In this document: positions 15,112 through 23,222 of the stretch, piece after piece
How the letters are laid out: every line of letters starts with the position of its first letter
How positions within the stretch are numbered: the stretch's first letter is position 1
IMG/VR virus record: IMGVR_UViG_3300021180_000045
Location: 1-27,257 of that record
Length of the DNA stretch: 27,257 nucleotides
Strand: one strand, 5' to 3'
Source: a virus
Taxonomy: Duplodnaviria; Caudoviricetes
The notes under the pieces: model-generated
Told to the model about the DNA's origin: nothing
Database searches by the model: none
Seen by the model: the letters and a program-made list of their open reading frames with translations, nothing else
Translations under genes and position numbers: made by a program

Positions 15112-16128
15112 ATGCCCGTCGTAACCAATGCCTTCACCACCTATGCGGCGGTGGGCAACAGAGAAGATCTGTCCAATGCTATCTACAACATAGATCCGTT
15201 CGATACGCCGGTGATGAGTGCATCACGGCGTAGGAATGTGAAAAATAGGATCTACGATTGGCAGACGGAATTTCTGCCGCTCGTGGCTCCGACGACCGTG
15301 CCGGGCACCGGCGCGCTCGATCCGAACGCCAACGCCCAGCTGGAAGGCTTTTCGCTCGTCAACGCGCCAGCGCAGCCGACTATTCGTCTCAATAACTGTA
15401 CCCAGATCTCACAGCGCAACGCCACCGTTTCCGGTTCGCAAGAAGAATCAGATGCGGCTGGTAAAGGTTCCGAGATGGCGCACCAAATGGCTATGGCCTC
15501 AAAGGTGCTCAAATCGGACATGGAAACTGCGATGTGCGGTCGTCAGGCGCGTAATGACGGCAACAATACTACCCCTACCGCTCGCTCGACTGAGGCGATC
15601 TCGCATTGGCTGGCGCGCGCGGTGACCAAGCTTGGCGTAGCGGCGGGCGCGGTGGCGCCCGGGACCGTCGTCACTGGGTTGCCGACGACCCAGACCGGGT
15701 TGTTCCCGACGCCAGCAACGCCGGTGCAGTTGACAGAACAGATGTTGGGAGACGCTATGCAATTAGCGTATACCAATGGTGCTTCACCGACACTCTGGGT
15801 TGTGCCCCCCGGGCCTAAGCGTACAGTTTCGACTTTTATTGGTCGATCGACTACGCAAGTGCTTGTCGGGAAGACGGAGGTGGTCAGCACGGTCGATGTG
15901 CTGGCGACCGACTTCGGGCGCGTCAAATGCATCCCGTCGCGCTGGACGCCTCCTGACGTTGGGCTTTTGCTCGATCCGGACTATGTCGCGGTCAGCTTCT
16001 TCCGAGCTTTCAGGCAATATTTGATGGCGCGGACCGGCGACGCTGAGACTAGGATGATCATCGTCGAGTGGGGCGTCGAAATGCGCAACAGCCTCGCTCA
16101 CATCTTGTTTAACGGCATCACCGCGTAA
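15112..16128 (+). CDS. Major capsid protein (DUF5309/SU10-like)
   Basis: GNREDLSNAIYNIDP.DTP, WQT, N.TQI, VSGSQ, LK.DME, TDFG, MARTGDAE...I..E.G.E.RN; GGGGAG RBS. Confidence 0.92.
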   Translation: MPVVTNAFTTYAAVGNREDLSNAIYNIDPFDTPVMSASRRRNVKNRIYDWQTEFLPLVAPTTVPGTGALDPNANAQLEGFSLVNAPAQPTIRLNNCTQISQRNATVSGSQEESDAAGKGSEMAHQMAMASKVLKSDMETAMCGRQARNDGNNTTPTARSTEAISHWLARAVTKLGVAAGAVAPGTVVTGLPTTQTGLFPTPATPVQLTEQMLGDAMQLAYTNGASPTLWVVPPGPKRTVSTFIGRSTTQVLVGKTEVVSTVDVLATDFGRVKCIPSRWTPPDVGLLLDPDYVAVSFFRAFRQYLMARTGDAETRMIIVEWGVEMRNSLAHILFNGITA

Positions 16129-16431
16129 GTGGGCGAGCGTAAGCGGCGCTATTACGCGCAAGACGGGGTCGCCCGGACGGTCATCTATGATCCGGACGAT
16201 CCCAATCGATTTACGATCCAGACGACGTCGGACATCGAGCCGATTCTCGAAGGGATCAAGCGCGATCGCGAGACCATGCGGCACGGCTACAACAAGAAGG
16301 TTGCGACCCTGCCGCTATTCATCGTCGAGGACCTGATCCACCGCGGGATTTACTACGACGAAGACGCCTTCAAGAAGTGGCTCAACGGTCCAGAGGCGAC
16401 GCCCTGGCGGGTTTGGCGAGGACAAGTCTGA
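16129..16431 (+). CDS. Small protein downstream of the MCP
   Basis: DIEPIL...K, KVATLP, KKWLN.PE...WR...G. Confidence 0.8.
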   Translation: MGERKRRYYAQDGVARTVIYDPDDPNRFTIQTTSDIEPILEGIKRDRETMRHGYNKKVATLPLFIVEDLIHRGIYYDEDAFKKWLNGPEATPWRVWRGQV

Positions 16432-17018
16432 TGCCCTACGATCGGAAGGTGTTCTTTGACGGGGTTCGAGCCAGCCTGTTTCGCGGCACGCTGACCCAGG
16501 ATCAGGTCGACGGGATGAACTATCTCCTGGAGACTTGGGAGCGCCACTTCGAGGTGGGCAATCCGCGCGACGGCACCAACTGGCTGGCCTATTGCCTCGC
16601 CACTTTCTTTCATGAGACCGCCGAGCGGATGCAGCCGATCGAGGAGTACGGCAAGGGCGCGGGCCACTCCTATGGCCAGCCGACCGGACCCTACAATCAG
16701 AAGTACTACGGACGTGGCCATGTCCAACTCACCTGGGAGGCCAACTATAAGAACGCTGAAAAGTATTTGAAGGAGAGATACGATGTTACTCATACTATCC
16801 ACAAAGAACCGCACAAGATGCTTGGGAGTGAAGTTTCAGCGTTGGTGTCTTACGATGGGATGGTATACGGATGGTTCACCGGAGTTGGACTATCAAAGTA
16901 TTTCAATGGCACTACCGAAGATCCGGTTAACGCTCGGAAGATTGTCAATGGGCTCGATCGGGCCGACTTGATCGCTGGGTATTATCGTAAGTTCAAGGCG
17001 GCGCTGAGGAAGACATGA
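16431..17018 (+). CDS. Endolysin, glycoside hydrolase family 19
   Basis: LATFFHETA, PIEEYGKG, YYGRGHVQLTW..NY, ARKIVNG.DRA; start re-called at 16431. Confidence 0.9.
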   Translation: MPYDRKVFFDGVRASLFRGTLTQDQVDGMNYLLETWERHFEVGNPRDGTNWLAYCLATFFHETAERMQPIEEYGKGAGHSYGQPTGPYNQKYYGRGHVQLTWEANYKNAEKYLKERYDVTHTIHKEPHKMLGSEVSALVSYDGMVYGWFTGVGLSKYFNGTTEDPVNARKIVNGLDRADLIAGYYRKFKAALRKT

Positions 17019-17326
17019 CCCTCGCCGATCTCGTCATCCCCCCTCCGACCCCGAAGCTCAGCGATTATCCGGTCGCGATGACGGTTTGCGGCGAGGTGAT
17101 CGCGGTGGCGATTTTGGTGTTCATGGCGGCGCGGTTCGATCCGAGCGGCGGCGTTCTGACGATTTCGCTCCTGGTGGTGTTGGCCTTCATCAGCGCCGTC
17201 GTGTTCAGCCTGTTTTTCACCATTCCGAACGATGAGATCACGGCCGCGGTGGCGGGAGGGCTGGTGGCGGCGTTCGGCGCGGTCATCGCCTATTGGCTCG
17301 GTCGGCCCAGGGAGCCCCCAAAATGA
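17015..17326 (+). CDS. Putative holin (three TM segments)
   Basis: Three hydrophobic helices ending GAVIAYWLG plus a charged tail; follows the endolysin. Confidence 0.65.
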   Translation: MTLADLVIPPPTPKLSDYPVAMTVCGEVIAVAILVFMAARFDPSGGVLTISLLVVLAFISAVVFSLFFTIPNDEITAAVAGGLVAAFGAVIAYWLGRPREPPK

Positions 17327-17505
17327 GCCCGCTCGGCATCGTTCTGATCATCGTGCTCGTCCTGGTGCTGTTTGGCGGCGTTGGAGGCCCGCGCTTCGGC
17401 GCGCCCTGGCAGTACGGTTATGGCTACGGGACCGGCGGCGTCGGAGTGATCGGCACGCTGCTCGTCATTCTCGTGATTCTCTGGCTGCTCGGGGTGCTTC
17501 GATGA
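17323..17505 (+). CDS. DUF3309-like two-TM membrane protein
   Basis: LGIVLIIVLVLVLFGG...YGYG.GG.G.IG.LLVILVILWLLG; GGAG RBS. Confidence 0.75.
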   Translation: MSPLGIVLIIVLVLVLFGGVGGPRFGAPWQYGYGYGTGGVGVIGTLLVILVILWLLGVLR

Positions 17506-18134
17506 GCGATTACGACACTCTTTGCGCGGCGATCGCCGAATGGGCCAATCGCGCTGACTGGAGCCCGACGCTCCTCGCTCAGTTCGTCGCCATGGCTGAG
17601 CAAAAATTTAACGCTGAGCTTCGGGTAGATAGGATGATCACCCAGGCGTCGAACGTCGTCACCCTGCGCTGCGCTGAATTGCCGGACGATTGGCTGGAGA
17701 TGGAGTTCGTCGCGGTCGCCAACGGCAACACCCCGAACGGCTGGATGCCGATTCGCTATAAGGCGCGCGATCAATTCTTCCATCAGCCTGACAAATTGAC
17801 TTACGGCTTTTATACGCTCGAAGGTCGGATGATCACCTTCGGCGGTCCGCCGGACGACGTCGAGGGGGTTCCCTATCAGATTTGGTACTTCCAGGAGGTG
17901 CCAGTGATGGCGACCACCGGCAGTTCTTGGATCTACACCAAATATCCGCGGCTTTATCTCATGGCCGCGCTGATGAATGCGGATCTGCATGCTCAGGGCG
18001 AGGAGCAGGTAGCGCTGCTGATTGGCGCCCAGGTCGATCAGATGATCGGCAAATTGAACGATAACTATCGGCTATCGAAGGCGAGCGGCTCGCGCCTCAA
18101 GCGGACGCGCATCAGGACGTCAACTTTCGGGTGA
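17502..18134 (+). CDS. Head-tail adaptor (tail tubular A-like)
   Basis: Y..L..AIAEWANR.D, FV.MAE..FN.ELR, LPDDWLEM, YP.LYL.AAL; start re-called at 17502. Confidence 0.8.
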   Translation: MSDYDTLCAAIAEWANRADWSPTLLAQFVAMAEQKFNAELRVDRMITQASNVVTLRCAELPDDWLEMEFVAVANGNTPNGWMPIRYKARDQFFHQPDKLTYGFYTLEGRMITFGGPPDDVEGVPYQIWYFQEVPVMATTGSSWIYTKYPRLYLMAALMNADLHAQGEEQVALLIGAQVDQMIGKLNDNYRLSKASGSRLKRTRIRTSTFG

Positions 18135-18139
18135 GGATC

Positions 18140-18364
18140 ATGTGGAAATTGGCTTTTTTGCTCGTTTTGGGCGCGACGCCCGCGTGGGGTCAGGCGCGGG
18201 TGGTCGCCGCCTGCGGCTCTGCGAACTATAGCGCCTCGATCGGCACGCTGCAGAACCTGACCATGAACACCTCGGGCTATCTGTGCGCGACCACCACCGC
18301 GACGGTGGTGGAGAAGGGCGCGCCGCAGCGCCAGCAGCAAGAACAAGAGGAACCGCGGAAGTGA
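18140..18364 (+). CDS. Small exported protein with Sec signal peptide and two-Cys motif
   Basis: MWKLAFLLVLGATPAWG/QARVVAACGS...LTMNTSGYLC; GAGG RBS. Confidence 0.75.
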   Translation: MWKLAFLLVLGATPAWGQARVVAACGSANYSASIGTLQNLTMNTSGYLCATTTATVVEKGAPQRQQQEQEEPRK

Positions 18365-19779
18365 AGCGGCTTCTCCTCGCCCTTCTGCTGTCGACCTCGG
18401 CCGCGCACGCTCAGAGCCTATCGAAGGCGCTGGTGGTGCCGACATGCACGCCTGGGCGGGAGCTGGAGCAGGCGGGCCCTGGTCTTCAGCAGCTGACCCA
18501 GGATACTCAGGGGCGGCTCTGCGCCGCGGCGACCAATGCAGGCAGCACCAATATGGTGACGCCGCTGATGGTCAATACCAGCACGCCCAACAATACGACG
18601 AGTACTGGTCAAAATCCGTTTGGTTCCAATTGGAACTCGATGGCGTTAAGGGCGTCCCCGACTCCAATTCCAGGGACTATTTCCAATATTACAGCGGTTT
18701 CGCAAAATGTCATTGCGACTGGATATTGGACTTTTATTTTCAATGTAGCTGGGGTATCGACACCGCTGCGATGCAGCATTGGTCAAGGCGGTACTAATCT
18801 TGGCACGACGACGAGATGTTCTGACACAACAGATACAGTTGATGCATATGCTGGGGATTTGATTGGCTACCAAGCTTTGCCCAACGGTACCCCAACGACA
18901 ACTGGGAGTTTGAGCCTTTCAGCATTGTTTACCAGTCTCAATGGCCAGGAAAGTTTGATCGGTAACGCTACCAATAATTTCATCGCCCAGACAGCGATTA
19001 GTTTTCTTGGTCCAAGCACACTGGCGGCGAATAATGTCACTTCAACATTAGCGGCAGCTGAAGCGCTTGCGTCAGCGATTATGCCTGCCGATGGCATTTT
19101 GGATCATTTATACGTTTCGATCCCTTACGCTCTTCCAGCAACTGCGAGCGTTCAGTTTACTGTTTACAAGAACGGCGTTGCCACCAGCATTACGACGACT
19201 TGCTCTGCTCCAAATACGGCGTTGCAATGCACTGATTTAACCCATTCTTTGAGCGTTTCGGCGAACGACACCATTTCTCTTGAGGTTTGTCCGACTAATG
19301 CTGTCGGATGCGCGGCTGGAGCGGCGACCGGCAACGTCACCATGAGCTATTCGCTGCGATGGCAGCCAACTGTGCTCCATCAAGCGGTGTTGTTCAATAC
19401 GCTTAATGGGATTGGCACTTTAGCCCAAAACTATTATATTGCGATATCTAGTAGCGTTGGCACAGCAGTAACTGAGTCTACCTACCAAAATGTTGCGCCA
19501 GCCAATATGACGCTTGGCAATCTTCTTGCTGCTGTGTGCCCAGGTCCAGGTCCTCAATATTCGAAATCGTTCACACTGCGCAGCAATGGTGCTAGCCAAG
19601 CTCCAACCGTGACAATTCCTATCGGCTCAGTGGCTTGTCCGACTTTGACAGTTGAGCAGGACACAGTTGATACTTATGATGTTCCGGCCAATGCGTTGAT
19701 CAATTACTTTATGCTGAGCACTGGCACGGGCGCTACCGCAACCAACCAGAAAATCTCGATGACGGCGACGGTGCCGTGA
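18361..19779 (+). CDS. Exported Thr/Ser-rich protein: signal peptide, two-Cys motif and three tandem beta-rich repeats
   Basis: GTG start overlapping the upstream stop; MKRLLLALLLSTSAAHA/Q; 10 Cys; AT-rich body. Confidence 0.8.
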   Translation: MKRLLLALLLSTSAAHAQSLSKALVVPTCTPGRELEQAGPGLQQLTQDTQGRLCAAATNAGSTNMVTPLMVNTSTPNNTTSTGQNPFGSNWNSMALRASPTPIPGTISNITAVSQNVIATGYWTFIFNVAGVSTPLRCSIGQGGTNLGTTTRCSDTTDTVDAYAGDLIGYQALPNGTPTTTGSLSLSALFTSLNGQESLIGNATNNFIAQTAISFLGPSTLAANNVTSTLAAAEALASAIMPADGILDHLYVSIPYALPATASVQFTVYKNGVATSITTTCSAPNTALQCTDLTHSLSVSANDTISLEVCPTNAVGCAAGAATGNVTMSYSLRWQPTVLHQAVLFNTLNGIGTLAQNYYIAISSSVGTAVTESTYQNVAPANMTLGNLLAAVCPGPGPQYSKSFTLRSNGASQAPTVTIPIGSVACPTLTVEQDTVDTYDVPANALINYFMLSTGTGATATNQKISMTATVP

Positions 19780-22247
19780 CCGACTCCTGGACCCCAGGGC
19801 CTGCGCCGTCGAACGGCTGGACCCCGGGGCCTCCTCCTGCGCCCGCGCCGCCGATCGCGCCCGAGCTGCCCCTGGCCGATCAATGGAATCCGGAGGCCGG
19901 GTGCCTGTCGAGCGGCTGCACCCTCTCGGTGGTCGGCAACATCATCCTCAACTGTGCCGAGGGCGCCAGCATCAGCTACGCCGCCAATGGCTCGTTGATC
20001 TGGTCGCTGGCGCTCAACGACGGCTCCGACAACGTCGCGCTGCAGCAATGGGCAGGCGGCGAGCTGGTGTCGACGCCGCTCGAAGTCTCGAACACGGACG
20101 GCAGCCTCACCTTCAACAATCCGGTTTATCTCTTGGGCGATCCGACCTTGCCCAACGAGGCGGCGACCAAGGATTACGTCGATAACCACAGCGGCGGCAT
20201 CCCTGAAGCGCCGGAGGATAATTACGTCTATGGTCGGTATATGGCGACCTGGGAGCGCCTGCCGCAAACTTATATTCCGGAAGCGCCTAACACCGGCCAG
20301 CGATTCGGCCGGTTCAATTCGATTTGGCAGCTCGACGCGATTCAGGTCGATGCGCCCGACAGCAGCAACTACGTGCGCCAGAACGGCGCCTGGACGGCGG
20401 CGGCCTACCTTCCGTTGGCTGGCGGCACCATCACCGGCAGCCTGACCGTCAATCAGGTGATGACGGTGCAGGGGCCGAACAGCTTGGTGCTGAACGCCCC
20501 TCTCAACAATCCTCGCGCTATTCTGTGCTCGGCCTCCAACGTCATGCGTTGGGTGCTGAATCTGGGTGACGGAACCACCGAGGGATTGAACAACGTCGGG
20601 GCGAATTTCAGTCTCCAGGCTTATTCTACGACCGGCCCGCTTCTCGGGACGTGGCTGACCATCGCGCGCGCCGATGGTTCGACGACCTTCAACGGTTCGG
20701 GCGTCACCATCGCGGGAGGTCTCGCGGTCAACGGGCTGCTCGCCCTTGCTGATTTGACCCATCTGGCGATCTACGGCGGCGCGGCCGGGCAAGTCCTTTC
20801 GACCAATGGCTCCGGGATCCTGTACTGGGCCAACCCGGGAAGCGGCGGGGGCGGCGGCGGGATCGACGACGCGCCGATCGACGGCACTTCCTACGCGCGC
20901 AAGAGCGCGGCGTGGGTCCATCTGACCCACAGTGACATCACCGATTGGGCGACGAGCATTCCGCTCGCCTCCTCGACCCCGCCCGCGATGGACGGGACTG
21001 CGGCGCCGGGCGTCGCGACGACTTTCTCGCGCGGCGATCACGTTCACCCCACCGACACCAGCCGCGCCGCGGCCTCGGCCTTGGCCGGTTATCTGCCGCT
21101 GGCTGGCGGCACGATGACCGGCACGCTGTTTCTTCCGTACGACCCGGTCATTCCGCTGGCGGCGGCGACCAAGCAGTATGTCGACGCCCACGCGGGCGGC
21201 ATCGGCGAAGCTCCGACCGATGGCCAGCTCTATAGCCGTCAGAGCAGCGCCTGGACGCCAACGGTTGTTCCGCTTGGTGACAACCGCATCATCAACGGCG
21301 ACATGCGGATCGATCAAAGAAACAACGGCGCGGCCGGAACAGGGATAGGCGTCTATACGGTTGATCGTTGGTTTTATGGAACCAATGTTGCTGGCAATAT
21401 ATTGAATTGGGGGCGAAATTATAATGGAGGGTCAAATACGGCGCAATTTGTTGCTGCAGGATTTCCTTATAATTTGGGATTTCAGGTTTTTCAAGCTCGC
21501 ACTCTAGTTGCAGCCGATTATTTCGCCCTTTATCAGCCAATTGAAGCTGATATGATCGGTGACTTTGCTTGGGGAACGACGAACGCGCGGCCTGTGACTT
21601 TGTCATTCTGGGTGCTGTCAAATCAAACCGGAACGTTCAGCGGATCAATTCGTAACTATGCTGGAACGCGCTCATATCCGTTCACTTTCAATATTCCGAC
21701 CGGGGGAGTGGCAACGAGGATTGTTGTTAATATTCCGGGCGACATCACCGGGACTTGGGTGATGAGCGGCCCGGGCGGCGCGCTCCACGTGATTTTCGAC
21801 CTCGGTTCTGGTGCGAATTTTCGCGGAGCGGCGGGCGCGTGGGCGTCGGGCAATCTCGTCGGAGTGACCGGGGCCGTCAGTCTGGTGGCGACGATCGGCC
21901 TGATCTTCACTATTAGTGGGGTCAAACTGGAAGTCGGCAACATTGCTACGCCCTTCAATCGGCAGTCGATGGCGAAGACTTTGGCTGATTGTCAGAGGTA
22001 TTATCAGAGTTTTTCTCATACATTTAATTGTTGGCAGGGAGCTGGCGCGTTTTTTTATGGAGCAGAGACCTATCCACAAGTTATGCGTGCCTCTCCAACC
22101 GCGGCAGTTTCTGGTCAATCATACACAAATTCCTCTGCTTATACTGTATCAAATTTGGCTACGAATAATTTTTTGGCGTATGCAACAGCGACTGCTCTTG
22201 GTTATGCTTATGCTACTGCAGTCGTAACATTAACGGCGGAGATTTGA
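19776..22247 (+). CDS. Tail fibre protein (823 aa)
   Basis: AATK.YVD x2, YLPLAGGT.TG.L x2, five EAP/DAP...R...W repeats; C-terminal NRIINGDMRIDQR...DRW...CQRYY...MRASPT domain. Confidence 0.88.
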   Translation: MTDSWTPGPAPSNGWTPGPPPAPAPPIAPELPLADQWNPEAGCLSSGCTLSVVGNIILNCAEGASISYAANGSLIWSLALNDGSDNVALQQWAGGELVSTPLEVSNTDGSLTFNNPVYLLGDPTLPNEAATKDYVDNHSGGIPEAPEDNYVYGRYMATWERLPQTYIPEAPNTGQRFGRFNSIWQLDAIQVDAPDSSNYVRQNGAWTAAAYLPLAGGTITGSLTVNQVMTVQGPNSLVLNAPLNNPRAILCSASNVMRWVLNLGDGTTEGLNNVGANFSLQAYSTTGPLLGTWLTIARADGSTTFNGSGVTIAGGLAVNGLLALADLTHLAIYGGAAGQVLSTNGSGILYWANPGSGGGGGGIDDAPIDGTSYARKSAAWVHLTHSDITDWATSIPLASSTPPAMDGTAAPGVATTFSRGDHVHPTDTSRAAASALAGYLPLAGGTMTGTLFLPYDPVIPLAAATKQYVDAHAGGIGEAPTDGQLYSRQSSAWTPTVVPLGDNRIINGDMRIDQRNNGAAGTGIGVYTVDRWFYGTNVAGNILNWGRNYNGGSNTAQFVAAGFPYNLGFQVFQARTLVAADYFALYQPIEADMIGDFAWGTTNARPVTLSFWVLSNQTGTFSGSIRNYAGTRSYPFTFNIPTGGVATRIVVNIPGDITGTWVMSGPGGALHVIFDLGSGANFRGAAGAWASGNLVGVTGAVSLVATIGLIFTISGVKLEVGNIATPFNRQSMAKTLADCQRYYQSFSHTFNCWQGAGAFFYGAETYPQVMRASPTAAVSGQSYTNSSAYTVSNLATNNFLAYATATALGYAYATAVVTLTAEI

Positions 22248-22249
22248 TC

Positions 22250-22414
22250 ATGGCTTATACACTCACAGCTGATCCAAATACCATCGTTCGTGACGAGGAT
22301 GGCGCGTTCATCCCGTTCGACGAGGACAACGTCGACTACCAGGAATATCTGTGGTGGCTCGAACAAGGCAACGAGCCAGCCGCCTACGTGCGCCCGGAGG
22401 CTCCCCTTGGCTGA
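22250..22414 (+). CDS. Small fibre-associated (chaperone-like) protein, 54 aa, absent from the ORF track
   Basis: MAYTLTADPNTIVRDEDGAFIPFDEDNVDYQEYLWWLEQGNEP...; GGAG RBS. Confidence 0.8.
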   Translation: MAYTLTADPNTIVRDEDGAFIPFDEDNVDYQEYLWWLEQGNEPAAYVRPEAPLG

Positions 22415-23222
22415 AAGCTTAACGCCAAACTACGGTTGGGTTCTGCCACAAGTCGGAGGCGATCCGACCACCTGGGGCGCGACGCTCAACGCAACCGTCA
22501 ATCTGATCGATGCCCAGGTGTTCGCTAACGAGACCGCGGCTGCGGGGAATGCAGCGCCGATCGGCTCGGTGACGATGTTCGTCGGCGCGACGCCGCCGAC
22601 CAACTGGCTCCTCTGCGACGGCACGGTTTATCAGAACAGCGCCATTCCACTGCTCGCGCCGCTGCTCAACAATGCGTTTAACGCGGGCACGGCCGCGGTC
22701 GCAGGTACGTCGAGCGCGGTGCCGAATCTGCAGGGGAAGTTTCCGATTGGAGCTACAGTTCCGAGCGGCAACATCGGTGCGACCGGCGGCGAAACGACTC
22801 ATCTTCTCAGCGCGGCCGAGATGCCGGTGCATACCCACGCTGTTTACGACCCCCAGCATATCCACGGCGTCGCCGCCTACACCCACGCCCACGGCGTCAG
22901 CGATCCGACCCACGTGCATGGCGCTTCGCAGGATGCGCACGTGCATGGCACGAACCTGATGCGGTTCGTGGGCTCGGGCGCTTCGTATGGCGTCACCAAT
23001 GCGCCGGGCAACGTTTCCGCTGGCAACAGCGACGGCGCGAGCGCCAATGGCGTTTACATCAGCGGCGCGGCGACTGGCATCCAGATCCAGGCCAACGTGA
23101 CCGGCATCCCGAACACTGAGTATGCTGCGACCAGCATATCCAACTATAATACCGGCGGCGGCGGCGCTCACAACAATATGCCGCCCTACATCTCCATCGC
23201 TTTCATTATCAGATATCAATGA
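22407..23222 (+). CDS. Tail collar-domain fibre with HxH repeats
   Basis: TTG start after GGAGG; PIGSV.MF.G..PP..WLLCDG, VPNLQGKF, GGE.TH.L...EMP.HTH, AHNNMPPY. Confidence 0.88.
   Translation: MAESLTPNYGWVLPQVGGDPTTWGATLNATVNLIDAQVFANETAAAGNAAPIGSVTMFVGATPPTNWLLCDGTVYQNSAIPLLAPLLNNAFNAGTAAVAGTSSAVPNLQGKFPIGATVPSGNIGATGGETTHLLSAAEMPVHTHAVYDPQHIHGVAAYTHAHGVSDPTHVHGASQDAHVHGTNLMRFVGSGASYGVTNAPGNVSAGNSDGASANGVYISGAATGIQIQANVTGIPNTEYAATSISNYNTGGGGAHNNMPPYISIAFIIRYQ

Noticed and set aside
1050-17540. Scattered GCGATCGC/CGATCG sites as cyanobacterial HIP1
   Set aside because: Only a handful of full octamers noticed; CGATCG is expected in GC-rich coding DNA with frequent ATC codons
18140-18364. o-spanin lipoprotein (VAAC as lipobox)
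   Set aside because: A signal peptidase I site (AWG/Q) precedes the Cys, the Cys belongs to a motif shared with the next gene, and no i-spanin partner is adjacent; not fully excluded
21960-22247. AT-rich fibre end as a diversity-generating retroelement variable region
   Set aside because: No template repeat or reverse transcriptase visible in the window
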